64,000 nt of DNA from Bacteroidaceae bacterium (lineage in GTDB: Bacteria; Bacteroidota; Bacteroidia; Bacteroidales; Bacteroidaceae). The position numbers were made by a program, and so were the translations under genes. The DNA is taken from contig JAFSKR010000005.1 of the NCBI GenBank assembly GCA_017448825.1, forward strand, positions 48,511 through 112,510. The letters are read 5' to 3'. Under the pieces are notes generated by a model. The model saw only the letters and a program-made list of their open reading frames with translations. It had not been told where the DNA came from and did no database searches. This document shows, piece by piece, positions 58,683 through 64,000 of the stretch (positions are counted from its first letter, which is position 1; each line of letters opens with the position of its first letter).

Positions 58683-58690
58683 CAAAGTTA
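58683..58690 (-). promoter_or_regulatory. putative -7 box for the metallophosphoesterase operon
   Basis: Minus strand reads TAACTTTG, 81 nt upstream of ATG 58602. Confidence 0.45.
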
Positions 58691-58721
58691 GTGCTTTCGA
58701 TTGATAAAAATAAGGCAATCG

Positions 58722-58784
58722 CCAAAAAACTTCCGAACTTGTTGCGCAGAAAAACGACCTTTGTGCAGAAACCCTGATTTCCCT
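58722..58784 (-). promoter_or_regulatory. conserved upstream element, copy 1 (direct repeat TTGYGCAGAAA, 19-bp period)
   Basis: ccaaaaaacttccgaacttgttgcgcagaaaaacgacctttgtgcagaaaccctgattt is nearly identical to 63849-63912. It ends ~32 bp upstream of the -7 box. Confidence 0.6.
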
Positions 58785-58909
58785 GAAAAAAGCTGGGGAG
58801 CAGGGCAAGAAAAACCGCCGCGCAGGGAAAAAAGAAACCATCGTCGTAAACTCTGGCAGCGGTTGCGAATTTATTTAGAATTACAATGCGATTAACGCAC
58901 AATTCCTCC

Positions 58910-59449
58910 TCATTTCTTGAGCCCTTCCAGAATGTCTCTCAGGAAACCGTTATCGTCCTGGGGCCATCGGTCGTAGAGAATATAGCGCAGACGACTGACA
59001 CCAGTGGCAGCGACCACCTCCTGGCTGAATGTCACTTCGGCACAGTAATGGACGGTTTCGCTGGTCGAGGGACGGTAGCTGATACTGCCCTGCGACTTGC
59101 CGTCAGCAGCAGTCAGCTGGCAGGTGATGTAGTCGGCTGAGGTTGTAATGCCCTGATGAGTTGCGCCGCCAGGGATGAGCTTGTAAAACTCTGCCTGCGC
59201 CTCGTCTGCGGTTGCCACCGGACGGCTGACAATATCCTTGCCGTCAGTGCCCACCTGCACGCCATACACCAACGCCCCCTCGGCAGCGATGCGTTTCTGT
59301 AGGTAGGCGAGGTCATCGATACCATTGCCAGACGAATCGGCATCGTCGTCGCCACAGGCTGTCAACATAATCATTACAAGGCCGCAGGCAAGGAGCATTG
59401 TCCCCAAGGAAGGGATGGCGGCTGACATCCAGAAATGTTTCTTACACAT
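58910..59449 (-). CDS. hypothetical small lipoprotein
   Basis: Track ORF trimmed to ATG 59449 (MCKKHFWMSAAIPSLGTMLLACGLVMIMLTAC), 14 nt after the DUF3667 stop. No family recognised. Confidence 0.55.
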   Translation of the reverse strand: MCKKHFWMSAAIPSLGTMLLACGLVMIMLTACGDDDADSSGNGIDDLAYLQKRIAAEGALVYGVQVGTDGKDIVSRPVATADEAQAEFYKLIPGGATHQGITTSADYITCQLTAADGKSQGSISYRPSTSETVHYCAEVTFSQEVVAATGVSRLRYILYDRWPQDDNGFLRDILEGLKK

Positions 59450-59463
59450 GGTTATTATCTTTT

Positions 59464-60324
59464 TTAGAATATTTTTACGAAGAGTATTGGTAATGCCCCT
59501 ACCGCCAATATGAGCAACAGGGTGAGCAACAAAGTGAGCACCGTGCGCCAGAGGGTCGGCCAAAGGTGCAGTCGGTAGAGTTGGGCGTAGTCGTAGCACA
59601 GTAATGGCAGGCCGATGAGCAGGGGGACGGCGAAGGGTGGGACGTTGTAGTAGGCTTCGCTACCTGTAAATAGCACCCACAGTGTTCCCACAATCTGCAT
59701 CTGACAGGAAATATAGATTTGCGATAAGAACACTTCGAAGAACGACATACGACGCAGGAACACTATCCATGAAGCAACGATATAGAAGATATCCAGCGTA
59801 ATGGCTGAATAGGCTGGATGGGCATGCAGCCACAACAGCACCTTGTCGATAACGGCAAAGATGCTGATGACCAGCGGAGGGGCACCATAGCGTTGGAACA
59901 CATCGCTATAAACGAAGGCATCGTCGGCACTTGGCTCAATGTTCCGCAACGAACAGACGAGGGAGAAGATGAGCGTCATGATGATGAGCATCTCGAAGGG
60001 CGGGTAGTAGAGTGGCTGGTGACCGTCCAAATAGTCGCGCATCATATAGCCTGGACGCCAGAACAGCTCATGAATGCTACGTAGCATATTTCGGGAGCCG
60101 AAGCCCCAGATGTCCAAGAAACCCTGAATGACGTTCTTGGCTGTCATACGCTCCTGGTTGGCACGCAGGCCGCACTGCGGACAAAAACGTCCTGTAAACG
60201 CAGTGCTGCAGTTGATGCATACATGCTGCTCATCAGTTATCACCGTGTGCACCGTGGGCTGCTGCTGTAGTTTGTCGAGCCACTGCCACCATTGGCTGAT
60301 ACTATCGAATATCCGTAGCTTCAT
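59464..60324 (-). CDS. DUF3667-type zinc-ribbon membrane protein
   Basis: 286 aa. N-terminal CINCSTAFTGRFCPQCG is followed by about five TM segments. Confidence 0.78.
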   Translation of the reverse strand: MKLRIFDSISQWWQWLDKLQQQPTVHTVITDEQHVCINCSTAFTGRFCPQCGLRANQERMTAKNVIQGFLDIWGFGSRNMLRSIHELFWRPGYMMRDYLDGHQPLYYPPFEMLIIMTLIFSLVCSLRNIEPSADDAFVYSDVFQRYGAPPLVISIFAVIDKVLLWLHAHPAYSAITLDIFYIVASWIVFLRRMSFFEVFLSQIYISCQMQIVGTLWVLFTGSEAYYNVPPFAVPLLIGLPLLCYDYAQLYRLHLWPTLWRTVLTLLLTLLLILAVGALPILFVKIF

Positions 60325-60333
60325 CGTTGTCTG

Positions 60334-62702
60334 TTACTCCCGTACGAAGAACTCGCGGGGACCAGTGGTATAAAGATTGCCGAAGTTGGCTGAGTTGACG
60401 ATGTGGACGTGCGATCCGAGGGTGTGCTGGGCACAGTAGAGGTATAGGTCGCGGTAGGTGCTGGCAGGACTGGTGGCGGTCTGCGTGAGCAGGTTGTAGG
60501 TGAAGCGGTCGCGCATCCACACGCCGAGGTCGCTGTTCCAGTTGTCAGCAAACGATTGTTCGTAGGCACCAGCACCGCACATGGCAAGCACACCAGGGAT
60601 GCCCACGAGGGGCGTGATGACGTTCTGCGAGTAGCACGGTTCGGTGATGACGAAGAGCTTGCGATAGATACCGCCTTCGTGCATAGCAGCGACGGTCTGG
60701 TGCATACGCTCGTCGGTAAAGCCTTGACCAGTGTCGGCACCCAGCCACACCAGCTCGTTGGCACCGTTACCGACCTTGTTGTGGCCATGACCGCTCCAGT
60801 AGAGCAGCACGTTCTGCCCTGCGTCGCGGGGCAGCACCACTGGGGTCGTGGCAGTCATGTTACCTAAGAGGATGTCGCTGATGTCGGCAGCGGTGAGTGT
60901 GGCGTTGTCGTAGTCAACGACGGCTCCCGCCAGCAGGTTGGGTCCGTCGGCACTGCTGCGCACGACTCCCGGATTAGCATTCCTGGCGTCGGTGGCCAAG
61001 GCTTTGTCTATAATCAGAATGATGTGTTCATCGTCGTAGCCATTCTGCTTCAGCTGCTGATAGACGCTGAGCACATCGGCCTGGTGGCGGTAGTTGTTCC
61101 AGCCGTTACTGCCCTGCACGAGCACGGCGTACTGGTTGGTCAGTGTGGGGTAAGTGAGTGCGGCGTCTTGGTTCTTCGCCTCGCGTTCGAAGGATGCCTC
61201 GGCGTTGGCTGTGCTCCAGTTCCAGGCGGCAAGGGCGGCACTGGTGCGGTGGCTGCCGTCGCTGCTCAGGTAGTTGAGGTGGGTCACCTTGCCGTCCCAG
61301 ATTTGCCAGTGGACGTAGGTGGTGTGCAGCGCCGAGGTGTAGTTCTCGGAGTCGAAAAGGATGTCGCCTGATGCCCCGGCGAAGTCCATCAACTGGCCTT
61401 GCTCCAGAGCACTGAGGTAAAGCTCCATGGAGGTAGCACTCCACGCAGCACCGCTGAGCTGGTTGCCAGTGTGGGTGGTGATGGCAATGATGGCCTGGTT
61501 GAAGACCTCATTGTTCCTATCATCCCCATTATCCCTATGTTCCAAATAGCTTGCCGCGAACGCAGCCAACATCAGCGCGTCGTAGAACTTGCACTCGGCG
61601 AAGGTGGGCTTGGTGCCGAACTTCTCTCGTAGCTATTCTCGAAGCCGGTGGTGGGGTCGGCGTAGGGCGAGAAGCCCTGTGTGCCTTGTAGAATGGCACG
61701 GGCGTTGTCGTCGAGGGCGGCCAGCGACTCGTCGGTGAGGTTGCTGAAGGCGAAATAGAAGCGAGCCAACGCCTCTATCGTCAAATCCAGCATGGCTTCG
61801 GTTTCGGGGGCATCGGGGTCGTTGCCCATCATCAGCCATTTCTGCCGCATTACCTCGTATAGCTGCTGGGTGGTCTCCACGACGCAGAACGACGAGATTC
61901 TAAACCCATTGAATATAACAGTCCAGAATCCCAACTTTTCGAAGATGTAGCCGAAGTAGTCCTCAACCTGATTGCTCAACTCGTCAGTGCTGGCATACTG
62001 GTGGATTTCATGGAAAGGTATGCCCAGTTCCTCAGCCTGGAACGGTGCCCAGTCGTAGAACGTCTGGCCGTAGGTGTCAGCTGGGGCAAAGAGGGTGGTG
62101 TGGTTACTGGTATCGTACCCATCCACACCCTGGTAGCCGATATAGGAGGCGAAGACGTTCATCAGCACCTCGCTGAATGCCACGTCGGTCTCGGTGAGCG
62201 ACCAGAGGAACGGCTCTTTGTTCTCCACGCCCGCAGTACCCACGGCAAAGCGACGGATGACATTCTCGCTGGTGGCGGTCGGGGCGATGACGGGCTTGTG
62301 GGTCTTCTGACAGGCAGGAGCCAGCAGTGCCACGCTCTCGTTGGCGAAGGGACCGATGACAGCGAGCACGTCGTCGCGCCCTGCCAGCTGCTCACCGAGT
62401 GCCGCCATGTCTTCGGTCAGCTCGTCGTGCCACTCTAAGTTCAACAGGATACAGAGCGTGTCGTGCAGCTGCGCCTTGTGCAGGTTGCTGAGGAACCACT
62501 GTGCCGTTCGCTCGAAACGCGCCTTCGTGGCAGCGTCGGCACTCGTCGGAGCCACCACTGCCACCGTCTTTTCCACCCATCGGCGCGACAGCTGATATAC
62601 GATGGTATCATCCTCCTGCTTGCAGCCAGTAAGCATCGTCAGCAGAAGCAGGATGGCGGCAGCAAATTTTTCACGCTTCACTTTTAACTTTTCACTTTTC
62701 AT
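60334..62702 (-). pseudogene. lipoprotein fusing a type-I periplasmic-binding-protein domain to a C13 (legumain-like) peptidase domain; frameshifted near 61620-61635
   Basis: ORF 61572..62771 (start preferred at ATG 62702, lipobox LLTMLTGC) carries Peripla_BP_6-like sequence and ends in out-of-frame SSAPSPPSPSASSTTR*. The -1 frame continues ..KFGTKPTFAECKFYDALMLAAFAASYLE into ORF 60334..61572. That ORF holds YAVLVQGSNGWNNYRHQADV, LLYWSGHGH and VITEPCYSQ (C13 His/Cys). Confidence 0.75.
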
Positions 62703-63781
62703 GTTCTGCCTCCTTTCTGATAGCCTCTTCGTGAATGGCACTGAATACAGCTTCGTCGGTTTCTTCTTCATACGTCCACCACTCCGAGTGCATGACCACC
62801 TCGGTATAGCCAGATGCCAGTCCGAGGGTCTGGTGCTTGGGCATACCCTCGTCGCTCAGCCACTGCCCGATGCAGAGCGCTACGGCACGGTCGATGTGCT
62901 TCACTGCCGAGAAGGGTTTGTAATAATATGCCTCATCGTCGATGTCGATGCCCACCATAGAGAAGGGCCACATCAGCGCATTGTTCAGTCGGTTGAACGT
63001 GTTGTAGGCTCCGTCACATACCGGCACGAGAAGTTCCATCTCGTCGGCCTCCCATCCGTCCATCAGGCGCATGGCCGTGGTGTCGGAAATACTGAAGCCG
63101 CCGTCGGCCTGTTCACTCAGATAGACTGTCTTCAGTTCCTTCTCGTCCAAAGAATGATCTGGTACGATATGGTCGGCGGCAAAGCCGTCGGTAAAGCCCT
63201 GCATGGCCTCAGCCACCGTCTTGGTGTGTGGGTTTGCTCCGATGAGCACAACCTTCGTCTTCGACAGCGGCGTGAGTGCCCCTGCCTCGTACATCGCGCC
63301 GTAGTAGGGCATGAAGAGCGTCGAGCCTTTGCCCTCAAGCGGGGTCTGTGTCTCCAGATAGAGCAGGTCAGCGTAGGGGTTCGCCTCCAATAGGTGACTG
63401 TTCGCACGGATGTAACTGTCGTAGGCTGGCTGCGGCACGATGAAGAGGCGCCGCACGGTATCGGTGGCGGCACTCATCTGACGAAACATCAACTCCAGAT
63501 ACTGGATGCCCTCGTTGTAACTCTGTGGTGACATCTACATGCTGCGCACCCCGTAGGTGGCCGCCGCTTTCTCCACGCCTGCATAGATTAGGTCGCAATA
63601 GCGTCGGTCCCCTAAGTCGCCAGGCCCATAAATCACAGTTATTAACGGCACAGTGCTTGCCGCCTCCTCGTTGGGGTTAGGCTGATAGATAGTGTCCCCC
63701 TCCTTGGTTGCAGGCCACCAGCAATACTGCCAGCAACCCTGTCAATACCATTCTCATCGTATTCATTCTCGTCACTTTCAT
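62692..63781 (-). pseudogene. BMP/PnrA-like periplasmic-binding lipoprotein with a homopolymer frameshift and an in-frame TAG
   Basis: The signal/lipobox ORF from ATG 63781 (MKVTRMNTMRMVLTGLLAVLLVAC) stops at 63677. The +1 frame after the C5 run 63696-63700 reads DTIYQPNPNEEAASTVPLITVIYGPGDLGDRRYCDLIYAGVEKAAATYGVRSM. Then comes TAG at 63535-63537, then the 280-aa ORF 62692..63534 in the same frame. The family call is weak. Confidence 0.55.
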
Positions 63782-63804
63782 GTCGTTTAATACCAATTTT
63801 TGCA

Positions 63805-63812
63805 CAAAGATA
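63805..63812 (-). promoter_or_regulatory. putative -7 box for the BMP-like/PBP-C13 operon
   Basis: Minus strand reads TATCTTTG, 24 nt upstream of ATG 63781. Confidence 0.45.
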
Positions 63813-63848
63813 ATGTTTTCTTTTCTTAAAATAAAATAGGAGTTATTA

Positions 63849-63912
63849 CCCAAAAACCTTCTGAACTTGTTGCGCAGAAAAACGCCCTTTGCGCAGAAAC
63901 CTCCGATTTTTC
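63849..63912 (-). promoter_or_regulatory. conserved upstream element, copy 2
   Basis: cccaaaaaccttctgaacttgttgcgcagaaaaacgccctttgcgcagaaacctccgattt. It has the same order and the same distance class (~37 bp) from its -7 box as copy 1. Confidence 0.6.
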
Positions 63913-64000
63913 CTTCGCTTCATGGTTGCGAGATTCGCCTTTTTGTGGTTAGATTCCGTTGACCTTTGCTGGGATGGATAACTTTGTGGTAAGGATGTGT

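Noticed and set aside
58657-58902. 81-aa minus-strand ORF in the spacer between the two operons
   Set aside because: It covers the promoter box and the conserved upstream element. No signal or motif was seen, and the equivalent spacer at 63.8 kb has no matching ORF.
63979-63986. TAACTTTG box on the plus strand at the right window edge
   Set aside because: It may be the promoter of a gene lying beyond the window. No downstream ORF is visible here, so it is not reported as a feature.
1-64000. tRNA, rRNA, transposase, integrase or prophage genes
   Set aside because: Intergenic regions were read for T-loop/acceptor-type sequences and the ORF translations for DDE, tyrosine or serine recombinase motifs. 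None was found. This visual scan could miss small or degenerate elements, so tRNAscan, Infernal and ISfinder searches would be decisive.

Overview
This 64-kb window looks like a Bacteroidota chromosomal segment, probably Prevotellaceae-like. That is an inference from three things: many TAnnTTTG -7 promoter boxes, T9SS C-terminal sorting domains, and the DUF4296-lspA-ileS gene order. All family names come from motif recognition in the supplied translations; no database search was run.

About two thirds of the window is housekeeping:
- rubrerythrin
- a CE6-like esterase and a GH43/CBM6 gene pair
- TamB, ribH
- a Na+-translocating oxaloacetate-type decarboxylase (gamma/alpha/beta), convergent with methylmalonyl-CoA mutase mutA/mutB
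- a BamA/TamA-family barrel, a TrmH-family methyltransferase
- lspA, ileS, pyrBI, pheT, yebC, lepA

The accessory content is:
1. A trio of secreted envelope proteins (10.5-14.7 kb). It includes an OmpA-family gene cut by an in-frame TAG.
2. A 130-bp perfect-type palindrome built from 3+3 copies of a 16-bp motif (37385-37514), upstream of a small wHTH gene.
3. An ECF sigma / short anti-sigma / two tandem STN-domain outer-membrane barrels locus. The N-terminal ~490 bp of the two barrel genes are nearly identical while the barrels have diverged.
4. A 1160-aa C10 cysteine protease with a T9SS tail.
5. A visibly GC-richer block (about 51.2-63.9 kb) holding two co-oriented minus-strand operons of surface or secreted proteins. 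These include a metallophosphoesterase, a lipase-like hydrolase, a BspA-LRR/GLUG adhesin-like T9SS cargo, a BMP-like lipoprotein, a periplasmic-binding-domain::C13 legumain fusion, a DUF3667 protein and a small lipoprotein. Both operons are headed by the same ~60-bp upstream element. At least three genes in the block carry frameshifts or a nonsense codon.

I found no rRNA, tRNA, CRISPR array, transposase, integrase or recombinase. The strongest candidate for something new is the co-regulated surface-protein block and its PBP::legumain fusion. The palindrome and the mosaic receptor pair come next.
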